Source: Blepharisma stoltei ATCC 30299 (Eukaryota > Protista > Ciliophora). From it: 64,000 nt of DNA. Below, piece after piece: positions 48,200-60,829 of the stretch. The notes below the pieces were generated by a model. It saw nothing but the letters and a program-made list of their open reading frames with translations. It was not told the DNA's origin and did no database searches. A program made the position numbers and the translations under genes. Position 1 is the first letter of the stretch, and each line of letters begins with the position of its first letter. The DNA lies in assembly GCA_965603825.1 (NCBI GenBank), contig CBFDEM010000028.1, positions 558,001 to 622,000 of the forward strand, in the 5' to 3' direction.

Positions 48200-48496
48200 A
48201 TGGCATCAGCTACTCCTCAAGAAATCCAAGCAATCCTGAGAGATGATCGAAAATTGCACGACATTGCCAAAGCAGCTTTTGACGCTGTAGATGCAGACCA
48301 ATCTGGATTTATTGACGAGCCTGAGCTGAGAACTGTGATGTGCAGTGTTGCAGGAGATATTGGAATGGACGCACCGACAGACAGTGACGTAAGGGATGTT
48401 CTAAGAGAACTTGATACAAATAGAGATGGGAGAATCAGCTTAGATGAATTCAAAGTTTTGATTCGTCAAGTGCTGGAGTTAATGGCTAGTCAATAA
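48200..48496 (+). CDS. Small two-EF-hand calcium-binding protein
   Basis: DADQSGFIDEPE and DTNRDGRISLDE canonical loops. Confidence 0.92.
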   Translation: MASATPQEIQAILRDDRKLHDIAKAAFDAVDADQSGFIDEPELRTVMCSVAGDIGMDAPTDSDVRDVLRELDTNRDGRISLDEFKVLIRQVLELMASQ

Positions 48497-49432
48497 TTTA
48501 GAATTAAGAATACAACCAAGCATAATCTAAGAATTTATTAATGCTGATAAAATTAGCAAGATATAATGAGAAGGATTCATCAATGAATTTGTTATATATT
48601 AAGCTAAGGTTTGGCTGCTAATTATAGAAACACTAAATTAGACACACTAATAGGCTTTTTTGGTTCCTTATTTAAATTGAAATGATTTTTCGATGCAAGA
48701 GATTTGCTGATACAAAGATACAAAAGGGAATAGATTTTGGCATTTTCAAATAAGTTTATGCGTATGAATATATGGATAGAAGAGAAAAAGGTGAAATAGG
48801 AGAAGAGGGTTTTGGAAACGGTTAACTACATAAGATAAACAGATAAATGGTGTTGATTTGATTTATAAAATATGGTAAGATTGAGCAAATGGAATCAAAA
48901 CGTAGCTAGCCTAAACAATTTTTATATCATTCAAATAGCAAAGGTCATATTAATATTTAAACTTCACATGAAAAATACTTTTATATTGGAAAAATCAAAT
49001 TCATAAATTAAACTTTGTGGCAAATTAGCCCTTTTTTCTCAATTACTATAGAAGGCTTCAAGCACGAAGCCTTTTGAAAGGTCTAACTCAAAAATCATAA
49101 ACTTTCAATTGGCTATAGTGTTTTCTTGAAGAATAAATAATATGAATGTATAATATTCTTATTATGTTCATTTGCTTTATATTATTTGCTTATCAATTTC
49201 AAAAAGGGGGGATCTCAATAAGTAGCCCAATCAACAGAAAAACCTCAAGTACGATTTTTAAAATTTTTAGTTATTTTCTCGTAATGAGCATAACAAATGA
49301 AAGATATTTGATTGATTTATAAACATGAGAGAATTGAGTCCAAAGCTATCTATTAGTATTCAGATATTTTTCATAAATCCTGTAAAAGAATCCATATTTA
49401 TACAAATTTCAAAAATAGATTTTTATAAATAT

Positions 49433-49927
49433 ATGAAGCAACAAACAAATAAGCGTCAAAAGCCGAAATCAAGTGTAAATTTATCTAAAATGAAGCCAGT
49501 TGAAGTAAAAACCATTAATAAAACGACCCACCTTATGCAGAAAACAGTTGAGACATCAATTACTAGGTGCAAAAAAGGCAAAAAGCCGAAAATGCTCAAT
49601 TTATTAGAGAAAATTCAAAAAAATCAGTCAAAAGAGCCTAAAGAAAGTCCAAATATAAAATCAGAACAAGATCCAATCATGATGGATTGGACTCCAATAT
49701 TTAAGACTATAATTGTATCAAGAAATTCAAAAGGAAAAATTAATGAAGAATTCAGTGGACGAAAAACCATGAGTTCTGAGCGTAAAGATTCCGATCTTAA
49801 TCAGTCTGATGATATCGGGATTATTTATCAGAAAGAAAATCCAAAAATATGGGCCCAAGGTATTGAAAATGTTCCCTGCAGTGAAGCTCCAATCGAGGAT
49901 AAACCAAATTTTCCAATTCGTTTTTAA
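49433..49927 (+). CDS. Uncharacterized basic protein
   Basis: Open frame; likely start MKQQ at 49433, since the upstream part of the track ORF looks like AT-rich leader. Confidence 0.55.
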   Translation: MKQQTNKRQKPKSSVNLSKMKPVEVKTINKTTHLMQKTVETSITRCKKGKKPKMLNLLEKIQKNQSKEPKESPNIKSEQDPIMMDWTPIFKTIIVSRNSKGKINEEFSGRKTMSSERKDSDLNQSDDIGIIYQKENPKIWAQGIENVPCSEAPIEDKPNFPIRF

Positions 49928-50186
49928 TCATAATAACTAAACGAAATAAATAAAATAAATTTTAATTCAATTTTCATTTATCTCTTATCATTTACATTAT
50001 ATTTCATTTCTGATATAACAATTATTTTAATAAAATTGCATAAATGAAATTTATTTACAATTAAAATATTAAAACCTAAAAATGATCAATCCAACCTCTA
50101 GCATAAATTTAGCTGTTTTCACTTGCAATTTTTGGAAATTTTTAAGACATATTTGTGTGAGCACAATCGACGTCACTTTATAAAAT

Positions 50187-51599
50187 ATGGATTCACCTGC
50201 AAAGCGTCTTCATCTCATAAATACCCATTTAACAGGTAAGCCTACTTTGACGATTACAGATAATCGTACAGGTAAAACTCTGGAAATCCCAGTAAAATAC
50301 AACTATATTGATGCCAAAGATATATCCAAATTAAAAAACGAGCAAGGCGAGAACCTAATGGTCTATGACCCTGGCTATATGAACACTATTAACTGTACTT
50401 CAAAAATAAGCTACATAGATGGCGACAAAGGTATTTTAGAATATCGCGGATACCCTATAGAAGAATTAGCTGAAAAATCCACGTTCTTAGAAGTCGCTTT
50501 TCTTTTAATTTATGGAGAACTTCCTACCCCATCTCAAAAAACCCTTTGGGAACAAAGAATTTTACGCCACACCTATCTGCATACAGATATCGGCAAAATG
50601 ATGCAAAGTTTTCACTATGACGCCCACCCTATGGGAATTGTCGTAAGCACAGTAAGTGCTATGAGTACTTTTCAGCCTGAGCAAAACCCTACCCTTCTTG
50701 TCGGAATTGATCCTTATTCAGACCCTTTGGTACTCAATAAACAAATTCACAGAATTTTAGGCAGAATGCCAACAGTTGCAGCTTATGCTTATAGACACCG
50801 TATAGGAAGGCCATATAATGAGCCAGCACAAGGTCTTGGGTACATTGAAAACTTTTTCTATATGTTAGACCGTCTTAACGAAACTAATTATGCCCCTCAC
50901 CCTAAGCTGGTAAGAGCTTTAGACATTTTATTCATTTTGCATGCAGAGCATGAGCTAAACTGCTCCACAGCGGCCATGAGACATCTAGCAAGCAGTGAAG
51001 TTGATGTCTATACTTGTGTGGCAGGTGCTGCAGCTGCATTATATGGCAGAAAACATGGAGGTGCCAATGAAGCTGTCCTAAGAATGCTAGAAGAAATTGG
51101 CTCAGTTGAAAATATCCCAGCGTTTTTAGAAAAAGTGAAAAGTGGGAAAGGAAGACTTATGGGATTTGGGCATAGAGTTTATAAGAATTATGACCCGAGG
51201 GCCAAGATTGTAAAAAGACTTGCAGATAACGTGTTCTCTATATGTGGAAAAGAACCGTTAATTGATATAGCAGTAGAGCTGGAAAGGATTGCGCTGACTG
51301 ATAAATATTTTATTGATAGAAAACTGTACCCGAATGTCGATTTTTATACAGGAGTTATTTATAAGTCAATGGGATTCCCTACTGATATGTTCCCTGTGCT
51401 GTTTACAATACCGAGGGTTGCGGGTTGGCTTGCGCATTGGAAAGAGTTCCATTCGGATCCAGAAAATAAAATTGTGAGGCCAAGGCAAAATTATATTGGG
51501 TATACAACGCGGCATTATACACCGATTTCTGAAAGAAAAGAGTCGAAATTCCATCTTTATTCACTATCGTCAAACCATCAAAGAAGAAGAGAAGTTTAA
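50187..51599 (+). CDS. Citrate synthase, peroxisomal/glyoxysomal (GltA-like) type
   Basis: [63 protein letters not shown] and YPNVDF; N-terminal RLx5HL. Confidence 0.95.
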   Translation: MDSPAKRLHLINTHLTGKPTLTITDNRTGKTLEIPVKYNYIDAKDISKLKNEQGENLMVYDPGYMNTINCTSKISYIDGDKGILEYRGYPIEELAEKSTFLEVAFLLIYGELPTPSQKTLWEQRILRHTYLHTDIGKMMQSFHYDAHPMGIVVSTVSAMSTFQPEQNPTLLVGIDPYSDPLVLNKQIHRILGRMPTVAAYAYRHRIGRPYNEPAQGLGYIENFFYMLDRLNETNYAPHPKLVRALDILFILHAEHELNCSTAAMRHLASSEVDVYTCVAGAAAALYGRKHGGANEAVLRMLEEIGSVENIPAFLEKVKSGKGRLMGFGHRVYKNYDPRAKIVKRLADNVFSICGKEPLIDIAVELERIALTDKYFIDRKLYPNVDFYTGVIYKSMGFPTDMFPVLFTIPRVAGWLAHWKEFHSDPENKIVRPRQNYIGYTTRHYTPISERKESKFHLYSLSSNHQRRREV

Positions 51600-52214
51600 A
51601 TTAAGGTTATTTACATTGCTAAAAATGATTAATTACTTTTAATTATGATGAATTCTTAATAGAAAAGATATTTTATTATTTTCGAGATAGTTTTCTAAAT
51701 TATTTAAAGACAAACGCATAATCATATTTGTGCAATGGATTTTTGCAAAGAAGATTATCCTGTTCAGAGTATGGTCCATTTCTAACGCCCGCAGCTTATA
51801 AAAAAATATTTATTGTAATTAGATATAAATAAAATATGATGCAAAGAAGATAATAAAGTTAAGGATCATATACGAATATTATAAGCAATAGTAAGAATTT
51901 TTCATTCTTAGGTGCGCTTTTCTGTTTTTTCATGATTTTATATGTCACTAAACATTTATCTTTCCATTTCTTTAATCGCTCTTATATCCATGATTTGAAT
52001 TAAATAAATTAATATTTCATTTTAAAATTAGCTTAATACTTTTTCTCCTCTTAAATCTAGGCACTGTTGGCTGACTTGTGAATATAGAAATCAATTTGAC
52101 CTAACTTGGAAATACTGATATTGAATTTTAAATAAAATCTTATTTTTTAATCAAATATAAAATTTGCGATTGAAATTACTAAAATAAATAATATGACAAC
52201 ATTTTATTTTTTCC

Positions 52215-52703
52215 ATGAAAGCAAACTTGCTGTTAGCTTATAGGCAGATGGCATTTCCTGTTGGCATTATCACAACTACTTGCAAAAAAGATATCGGGAT
52301 CCTCAAGGAAGGATCTTTCAGAGGAAGCACAGTTTCTTCATTTAGGGTTTTAGATTTGGAAGGAAACTTTTATTTTACTTATAATAAGTCAAGAATTATG
52401 GTTTCCGCACTTGAAAATTCTTGCGCAATGCATTTTTTACATCAAGGACAAGAAGATTTGGCACTAAAGTTTGCAGTATCGCGATTAACCTGTGAAGAGC
52501 AATTTGAAGGGCTGAATATTACAATGAAGCATGGGCTGCCTATTTTATCTCATTATCATAGCTTATTACTCTGTAAAATTGAAAAGGCAGTTGAGCATGG
52601 CTCTGGCGTCGTTTATCTTGGGAAAATATTTCATGCTGAAGAAAAAGAGACAAAACCATTGCTATATATTCATAACGGAATCGTGGGCGCTTTGAATATC
52701 TAA
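52215..52703 (+). CDS. Flavin reductase-like FMN-binding protein
   Basis: YRQMAFPVGIITT, GSTVSSF, HFL..GQEDLALKFA, GLPIL and KPLLY. Confidence 0.8.
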   Translation: MKANLLLAYRQMAFPVGIITTTCKKDIGILKEGSFRGSTVSSFRVLDLEGNFYFTYNKSRIMVSALENSCAMHFLHQGQEDLALKFAVSRLTCEEQFEGLNITMKHGLPILSHYHSLLLCKIEKAVEHGSGVVYLGKIFHAEEKETKPLLYIHNGIVGALNI

Positions 52704-52867
52704 ATAAATTAGTTATTTTGATAGACAACCTAAAAATATGATTATTTGAAAAACTATATTAATAAGCTTGCTAATAAATCTTAAAAATACCTATCATATT
52801 CCTTAAAATAATAAAAATTAATTCTTATTTATTTATCGAGAACTATTATATAAATCTATTAAAGTCT

Positions 52868-53557
52868 CTACTCTTTTTCCACTTCCACATCTTTTTCTTC
52901 ATATACTTCTATCCCATTCCTATGCAAAAATATGAAAATATAAATCGATCCATAAAAAATCCAAAGCAAACAAGTAAGAACTGACAGTGTCGGCCCATTC
53001 GTACAGCAAACTTTTTTATCAGACACATCTTTGCAATCTGCATCATAGCCTGAGTCGCTGACTCCTGCCCATATCAGAAGTCCTAACAAATGACAAAAGA
53101 ACCCAAAAGATGGCCATAAATATGATACCCAATTTTTACAGAAGCGTTTTTCCATCAGATGAAAAGCCACCCTAATCATTCAAACAGTAAGGAAAATTAG
53201 TGAAAGGAGCTCAAAAAAGGTATAAGCTTCAGCAGCACTATATAGATTTTTAAACGTGTCTTTTGTTTGCTCGTTATCTAAAGAGCTTTTATCTTTTAGC
53301 TTGTAGTAGGACTCCCCTGAAATTTGGGGCCAGCCAGTTTCAACGTAGAATAGACCGCCTTCCCATTCTGTTTCGTCATCCCCTTGGCGAACCCAGCGAC
53401 GAGTGCCAAGGCAGCCTATCATCCAGACTACAAGAGTATGCTGCAAAAATAGGATTAGGTACCATCAATATCTTAATTTCATGCATAAAAATCGTATTTC
53501 TATGCTTGGCTCAGGCGGGATTTCTTCATTTTCTTCAATTTTTTGGTCAGGTTCCAT
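52868..53557 (-). CDS. Four-TM claudin/PMP22-like membrane protein
   Basis: ATG 53557; one frame through two TGA=Trp. W..Q......W.GGLF in loop 1, four TM helices and a Cys-rich second loop. Confidence 0.7.
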
Positions 53558-53686
53558 AATAAAGATTATAATGAAACTAATTTGTAAACATTATTTGAAT
53601 TACTTAACTTTTTTCTAGAGGGTAAGAATATTTTCAATTAGCCTGAAAAACTCATATAAATAATATATGATTACTTTAATCATAAA

Positions 53687-54175
53687 TTACTTTGGCCCTG
53701 TCATTTCTGCAGCTTGTCTTCTTATTCTTTTGTCGTATTCCTCTCTATCCCTCATATACAAGTTATAAGGCTCTGCTTGTGCAGGACTCTGAGGATTCGG
53801 GTTATTCAATAAATCTTGGATTCCTATCAAAATTTGTTTAATTGTGATACTCGGTCTTCAATCTTCGTCTTCATTAAGTATACTTAAACATACAGTTCCA
53901 CTAGGGTATATATTAGGGTGAAATAAAACAGGCTCAAATTTGCATTTAGGCGGTTTCGCTGGGTATTCGTCAGAAAAATCCATCAGCAGTTTAAATACTC
54001 CTCCTTCCCAAGGAGTATTCTTTTTCCCTGGAATCCCGCATTCCCATTTCATCAAATTTGGAGCGCCTTCTGAATTTACAGTAGGTTTTGCGTAAAATCC
54101 ATGAGGATGGTCACGTCTCCAGAGCTTCCTTTCTTCTTGCAATCTTCCAATTACAATTGAATTCCTACTTACCAT
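53687..54175 (-). CDS. UBC9: SUMO-conjugating enzyme UBC9
   Basis: [37 protein letters not shown] and DED[W][23 protein letters not shown]; stop at 53687-53689. Confidence 0.96.
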
Positions 54176-54480
54176 TATAAGTTTAGGCTGATTTTCTATT
54201 AATTTTATCATATTTTCTCCTTTACACCTATAAAATTTGATTCATATATAAATTGATTATGAAGCTGATTTTAAGGTCAAAATATTTCTTTTATTTTTTA
54301 GCATGTCAGCAACAATTTACCCAACATTTTTATGATTATATATTTTTAAGGCTAAAATCAATTAAATTTTCGACAGATTCTTATGATGTTTGCTGTTAAA
54401 AATTGCAGAACAAATAAGCTGCAGTGTTTTATCGTAAGTTCATAGAGTTAAGCTATTTTATAATAAATTTTAGCCATTAA

Positions 54481-56094
54481 ATGCTAAGAAGAGTAGCATC
54501 ACTCAGCACTAAGGTTCTTACACCTCAGCCTGCTGCTTGGTTCTCGAGCAAGATCAACATCAACCAAGCTGCTGGGATTCTCAGAGAAAAAGTGGCAAAA
54601 ATAACCCAAACAAACGACTTGAATGAATTTGGGACTGTAATTTCAATTGGAGACGGTATTGCCAGAGTTTACGGACTGGGCAAGGTAAAAGCAGGAGAGA
54701 TGGTTGAGTTCCGAACAGGAGTCAAAGGAATGGCTCTCAACTTGGAAAGCGACAATGTCGGTGTTGTCGTGCTTGGAAATGATAGAGAAATTCAAGAAGG
54801 AGACGTCGTCAAAAGAACTGGAACCATTGTTGACGTCCCTGTAGGAGAAGAATTGCTAGGAAGAGTTATTGACTCTCTTGGCAACCCTATTGATGGGAAA
54901 GGCCCAGTCAAAACTAAAGCTAGAGCTAGAATTGAACTTAAAGCTCCTGGGATCATCCCTAGAAAATCAGTCCACGAACCAATGCAAACTGGACTCAAGG
55001 CTGTTGACTCTTTAGTCCCTATTGGAAGAGGTCAAAGAGAACTTATCATTGGAGACAGACAGACTGGAAAAACTGCAATTGCCATTGATACTATTATTAA
55101 CCAAAAGAGAAACTTTGAAGATGAAACCAAAGCCAAAAACAGACTCTACTGTATTTATGTCGCTATTGGACAAAAAAGATCAACTGTAGCCAATATTGTT
55201 AGAAGTCTTACTCAGCATGACGCTATGAAATACACAATCATTGTGGCTTCAACTGCTTCAGAAGCAGCACCACTGCAGTTCTTAGCACCTTACGCAGGAT
55301 GTGCCATTGGTGAACACTTCAGAGATAATGGAAAGCATGCCCTTATTATTTATGATGATCTTAGTAAACAAGCTGTTGCATATCGTCAAATGTCTTTATT
55401 GTTAAGAAGACCTCCAGGAAGAGAAGCATACCCTGGTGATGTCTTCTATCTCCACTCAAGACTTCTAGAAAGAGCAGCAAAGATGCACGCTAAATACGGA
55501 GGTGGATCTTTAACAGCTTTACCAGTCATTGAAACTCAAGCTGGTGATGTCTCAGCTTATATTCCTACCAATGTCATTTCCATTACTGATGGCCAAATTT
55601 TCTTAGAAACTGAGCTTTTCTATAAAGGTATTCGTCCAGCAATCAACGTCGGTCTTTCAGTCAGCAGAGTAGGAAGTGCAGCACAAATCAAAGCCATGAA
55701 ACAAGTTGCAGGTAGCTTGAAACTTGAGCTTGCCCAATACAGAGAAGTCGCTGCATTTGCACAATTCGGGTCAGACTTAGATGCAGCAACACAAAGACAG
55801 CTCAACAGAGGAGCCCAGCTAACTGAATTATTAAAGCAAAAACAATACGTCCCAATGGCTGCAGAAGAACAAGTTTGTGTGGTCTATGCTGGTGTAAGAG
55901 GATTCCTTGACAACGTTTTGACTTCAGAAATCGCAAAATTCGAAAAAGGATTCTTAGAAACCTTACGAACAAGAAACCCAGACATTTTGGCAGCTATTAG
56001 AAATGAAGGAGTTTTGTCGAAAGAAACTGACGAAAAACTTAAGGCAGTCCTGACAGAATTCATGCCAAGCGCAGGACTACAAATGAAGTCCTAA
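54481..56094 (+). CDS. ATP1: Mitochondrial ATP synthase F1 alpha subunit (nucleus-encoded)
   Basis: [30 protein letters not shown]-terminal presequence MLRRVASLS. Confidence 0.98.
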   Translation: MLRRVASLSTKVLTPQPAAWFSSKININQAAGILREKVAKITQTNDLNEFGTVISIGDGIARVYGLGKVKAGEMVEFRTGVKGMALNLESDNVGVVVLGNDREIQEGDVVKRTGTIVDVPVGEELLGRVIDSLGNPIDGKGPVKTKARARIELKAPGIIPRKSVHEPMQTGLKAVDSLVPIGRGQRELIIGDRQTGKTAIAIDTIINQKRNFEDETKAKNRLYCIYVAIGQKRSTVANIVRSLTQHDAMKYTIIVASTASEAAPLQFLAPYAGCAIGEHFRDNGKHALIIYDDLSKQAVAYRQMSLLLRRPPGREAYPGDVFYLHSRLLERAAKMHAKYGGGSLTALPVIETQAGDVSAYIPTNVISITDGQIFLETELFYKGIRPAINVGLSVSRVGSAAQIKAMKQVAGSLKLELAQYREVAAFAQFGSDLDAATQRQLNRGAQLTELLKQKQYVPMAAEEQVCVVYAGVRGFLDNVLTSEIAKFEKGFLETLRTRNPDILAAIRNEGVLSKETDEKLKAVLTEFMPSAGLQMKS

Positions 56095-56173
56095 ATAATT
56101 TCTTCTTAACGAGGATTTATGGATATTTATTAATTTTTAAAGTTTATGGGTGGCTTTAGGGTAAAAATGCAGG

Positions 56174-56470
56174 CTATTTTAGGCCAAAACTCGAGCCGAA
56201 AGAGTCTTTAACTGGATTGATTCCAAATTCGCCTTCTTTTATCTTCACATTTTTGTGGGTGTTTATATGCAGCATTTTTTGGCTAAATTTTTCGTCTTCT
56301 GTAAGCTGATTTTTTGTGGGTTTGCTGAAAAAAGAAGTTATCATTTCTTCAGGTTCAAGCAATGGACGGGTTAAAGAGTAAATTCCTTTTTTTTCTCCAG
56401 ATGTTTTGTGGATTGCGTAAAGATTCTTTATTTTGTTTTTCGTAAAATATTCTAATAGCTTGCTATTCAT
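56174..56470 (-). CDS. Small uncharacterized protein
   Basis: 98-aa ORF with ATG after an A-rich leader, filling the gap between neighbouring genes. Confidence 0.5.
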   Translation of the reverse strand: MNSKLLEYFTKNKIKNLYAIHKTSGEKKGIYSLTRPLLEPEEMITSFFSKPTKNQLTEDEKFSQKMLHINTHKNVKIKEGEFGINPVKDSFGSSFGLK

Positions 56471-56653
56471 TTTTATATCATAAATTTTAATAATAAATCA
56501 TTGATAATTCAATAGGATATTTATTTTTAAGAATAAATTTTTTGAATGATAAATAATGTGAGTATTTCTTTTGAAATAGATGCAACTATTAGAATTTGAA
56601 AATAATTTTACAATTCGAAATACAAATAAATTTAAATAAAATTCTTAATAAAG

Positions 56654-59600
56654 ATGAAAGCTATTTCAAAATCTCCTTTTCGAGTTCAAAAGCCTGCTTC
56701 AAAATTTTGGGATGAAGACACAGATACAAATTTTACTACAATTTCAGAAAAATATAAAAGAAAATATGATAAAATCAAGGCTGATCTCGACATAGAAATA
56801 AATTTAAGAAAAAGCATTGAAGCCAAGCTAATTGAGTCTAAAAACCTCAGTTCTTTGGCTGAAACCAAATTTAATCAAGACATCAAAAAGCATTTAGAAT
56901 CTATTTTTGAGCTTAAAGAAAAGCTAAGGATTTCAGAAATAGAAAAAGCTGAAATGTCCGTTAAGCTAGCAGAGCTGAATCTTGAAATCGAAAAAATTCA
57001 TAAAGAAAATAAATCTTTGAATGAAGGATTTATTCTTCTGAAAAATGAGTTAAATGTTTCTGAAAGAAATTTAAAGATTTGGAAACAAAAATTCGAAGAA
57101 ATTGAAAATCATGAAAAACAGCAGATAATAGAGCTTAATCGATTAAAATGCGAAGTTGAAGAAAAAGATAAGAACATTTCAGCACTCCAAAGTGATTATA
57201 AAAATAAATTATTGACTGAAAAATCAAAAACCCATGGACTTGTAAAAGACTATCTTTCAATGAAATCTGAAATGTTTAGGAAAAGTATTAAAAATTACAA
57301 AAAAGCTGCGACAATAATGATGGCGAATTTATTGAAAAGAAATCTAAATCACTCAAAAATGGAAGCTCTTTTAAAAACAAAACAATTTGCAGTTTTAAAG
57401 AAATTGAATGAAAAAGCTTGTGAAGCGTATAGGAAGAACAAAGAAAAAGCTCATTTGGCTTTTTATTTAAATTCTTGAAAATTTTTCTGTAAAAGTCAAA
57501 TTTCATGCAAAGCCAAGTTGTCATCCTCATTGAAGATATTAAAATCCATTTTTCGAACAAAAATTCATAATAATTTTATAGAAAAGTTCACTTTATGAAA
57601 AATAAAAACAAATAAGAGAAAAAAATATTTATTGAAGCGTGAGAAGCATGAAAATGAAATGGTATCAAAGATATTCAAAATAAAAACTCTCAAATTTATG
57701 AAACAAAGCTTTGATATTTGGCGAAAAGAAACATTAAACTTAAAGTCTGCCAACTCAATAAATTTTATGTATAAAATCCACGAAAAAGAAAAATTATCAC
57801 TTTGTCTCAGCATTTGTATACAAAAATGGAAAAATAATGCAATAAAAACAAATTTAGAATCAAACGCAAAGTGCTATAGCCAAGAAATGTCTAAATTAGA
57901 ATTTTCAGAACAGCAAAATAAATGCTTAACCAAATTGATAAAAAATTGAAACTTGAAAAACTTGTTCAATATTTTAGAAAAAAAACTAATGAATAGATAC
58001 CATATATTTAATGAAATAAAATCTTACAGCGAAGATAGATTAAACCTCTATCAAGGTTTTAAAATATTTGCGAGACTTGAAAAAGGCCAGACGAAAAGAA
58101 AATTTAATCAATGAAGAGTAAATGTCTATAATATTAATATAGACTATTTATGTGAGCAGCATGAATCTCATAGGCTTGATAAAGAAGACTTAATAGCAAA
58201 TACAAATGAATTAGAAAAAGTTGTAGTAGACCTTAAAGATGAATTGAGATCTCAATTTATCAAAAAAGCTGATAAAATTGACAAAATGTTGAGAAAAAAC
58301 TTAATGAGAGTAAACTTTGACACTATAAAAGAAATTTATATTAAAGGGAAAAGAATAAATTCTGCATTTCAAGCACTTTTATCTATATATTCAGCTCACA
58401 ATAGAAGCCTTGGATTTAAGTTTATAATTGATAAATATCAGCAAGCCATATATAAAATTAAAAGACGGAGAAAAGTGACTGAATATTTAAGGAAAAAGAA
58501 TTTTTTAAGAAAAAGAGTCGTCTTTTTAATTTTAAAAAAACTTGCAGTGGTATCAAAGTTTAGTAAAAAGGCTTTATATAGAATAATGAAGAGGAATAAA
58601 CAGAAGGAAATTTTTAATAATTTCAAGAAATGGAAATCACTGACTGCTAGTATGGATATGGATGATATGAAGCAAAATTTGAATAAATTCAAGGAAGATC
58701 AAAAATCAACAAATTCAAAACTTGTGCAAGCTCTTGCTATTATTGAAGAATCTGATAAGATAGCACAGATGTTTGAGCTTAACATTAAACAAAAAATTTT
58801 AAGATCACTTTACATAAGATTTGAAAAGAAATATACTGAAATTATTTATAGGAGCTTAGAAAAATGAAATAAAACGGCCAAAGAAATAAAAAATAAAATA
58901 AAATGTGAAAAAGATAATGCTAAAGTACTTAAAAAAGCTTTGATGATATTTCAAAGAAAAGAAAAAATTGAAATAAAGATGCGTGTTCAGAATAAATTTC
59001 ACAATTGGCTATTGTATATAAGAAATAAATTTTTGAAAACAAAAAACATAGCAAATAAATGCAGCAAACTGCAATTGTGGAAAAAGTCAATAATTATGAA
59101 AGCCTGGAAAAAATATTCGGTTGAGACACTTATATCAAAAAAGAAATTGCTAAAAGAATTGAAAACCCAAATTAAATTAAAAATTTCTTCAGCTATCTTG
59201 AAGTGAAAATCAGCAATAGAAAAAGAAAAATTTGAAGAGACAAATCAAAAAGTTCTTTCACTTTTACAAGAAAAAGAAAAAGACTTTTCAAATATGGCTC
59301 AGATGACACAGTACTATAAATTATCTGAAATTAATAGAGAAAATACAGAAAAAGCTTTGAGGAGACTGGTTATTGGAAAAATGATTAAAATTATTGAATC
59401 ATCAAACAGCTATTTTAAGAAAGACGCAATTTATATATTAAAACAAAATTCGCTTATGCATAAAAGCAGCGAAGAATCTTTAATGAAATTAGGAAAAATT
59501 AAGTCGAAATTTTTGATGAAACAAGTATTCAATTTATGAAATTATTGCTTAAAAGTTCAATTAAAAATAGAAAATGCAGAGTTAACGATGTCAAATAAGA

Positions 59601-60799
59601 AAAAAATGAAAAGATATAAAGAAAAAATGCAAAATACTGTTGAAAAGCATGAGGAACTTTCATCGCTCTATGAATCTCAACGAAATTTCATGAAATCAAA
59701 GCTAAATAGAGTATTGGAAAATAAGCAACAGATTTTGTCAATTAAATTACTCAAAAAAACCTTAAATGCATGATGCAGTCTCCACAACCAAAAAAAATGC
59801 TATCTTAAATCAGCTCTTAAAATAAAAGAAATGATGGCTATAAGGCTTGCTTTTGGCATCCTCAAAAAAATGTCAATTTCTCAATTTAAATCACAGTTTA
59901 AACAAATTGAGCAAGCATTTTCAATAGAATTAAAAAAATACAAAGAAAGAGCCAGCATTTTATTAAAATTATTAAAAAAAGAAGGGATTCCAGATAATTT
60001 TATTTATGAGTTTATATCTATTAATGAATCAAGTAGCTTAATGAGATCACAACTAGTATCTCCATCAAGGAAATTCAAAAAATCTCCAACTAATAATATT
60101 GTTAGAAAAAAGGTAGAAAATTCAGTAAGGAAAGTTGTTTCAGTATTACAAAATCCTTATTTATTATATTCTTTTAAGAAATGAAAGAAAACTGTTAATC
60201 AATATATTGAAAAGTATCAGCATCTTAATCGGCATCAGTTGTTTAATTCAATTAAAATTTTAGAAAAACAAATTTCCGGCTTAGTTTCCCAGCAAGAAAA
60301 AAATTTAGCAAAAATTACTAAATTCCAAGCAGTGCTGAATTCTCATACAAAAAATTGCATAAAAAGCAAAAATGTCGCAGTTGCAGTAATCGTGAAAACT
60401 ATAAAAAATAGCATTTTTTCTGCATTTAATATATGGAATATTGCAAGACTCAATACAAGAGCTCAAGAAATTATAGGATTTCTCAATGAAAAAGAAAGAG
60501 AGTTATTTTCCTATAAGAGAAAAATTTTAATGATTGAAGAAGAAAAAATCAAAGGAGAAATGAAGCTAAAAAAGCAGAATGAAGACGCTGATAAACTTGT
60601 ATTTGCAATATCAGAGCTTACAGAGGAAAGAGATGATTTGCTTAAACAACTATCAGACCGTGAAGTCTCTATTAGAAAGCTGCTGAAAGAAAATTCAACT
60701 CTTGCAATAAAATTAAGCAAGGCTCAAGTTGAAGCTGAGCACCTTATTCAGCTTGCTGAAGATTCATTTATGAACACTGAAAAAGACCTTTTTAAATAA
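56654..60799 (+). CDS. Large (1381 aa) basic helical protein with Sfi1-like F/L-x-x-W-K repeats and terminal coiled coils
   Basis: Eight track ORFs lie in one frame, joined by nine TGA=Trp (57476, 57596, 57947, 58112, 58865, 59204, 59537, 59771, 60182). No TAA/TAG occurs until 60797. Confidence 0.85.
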
Positions 60800-60829
60800 T
60801 AAATAACTAATTTGTGCTTAAATTAATTT

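Noticed and set aside
54481-56094. ATP synthase alpha and UGA=Trp as signs of mitochondrial DNA or a NUMT
   Set aside because: The gene has a targeting presequence and sits among intron-containing nuclear genes; nuclear ATP1 is normal in ciliates.
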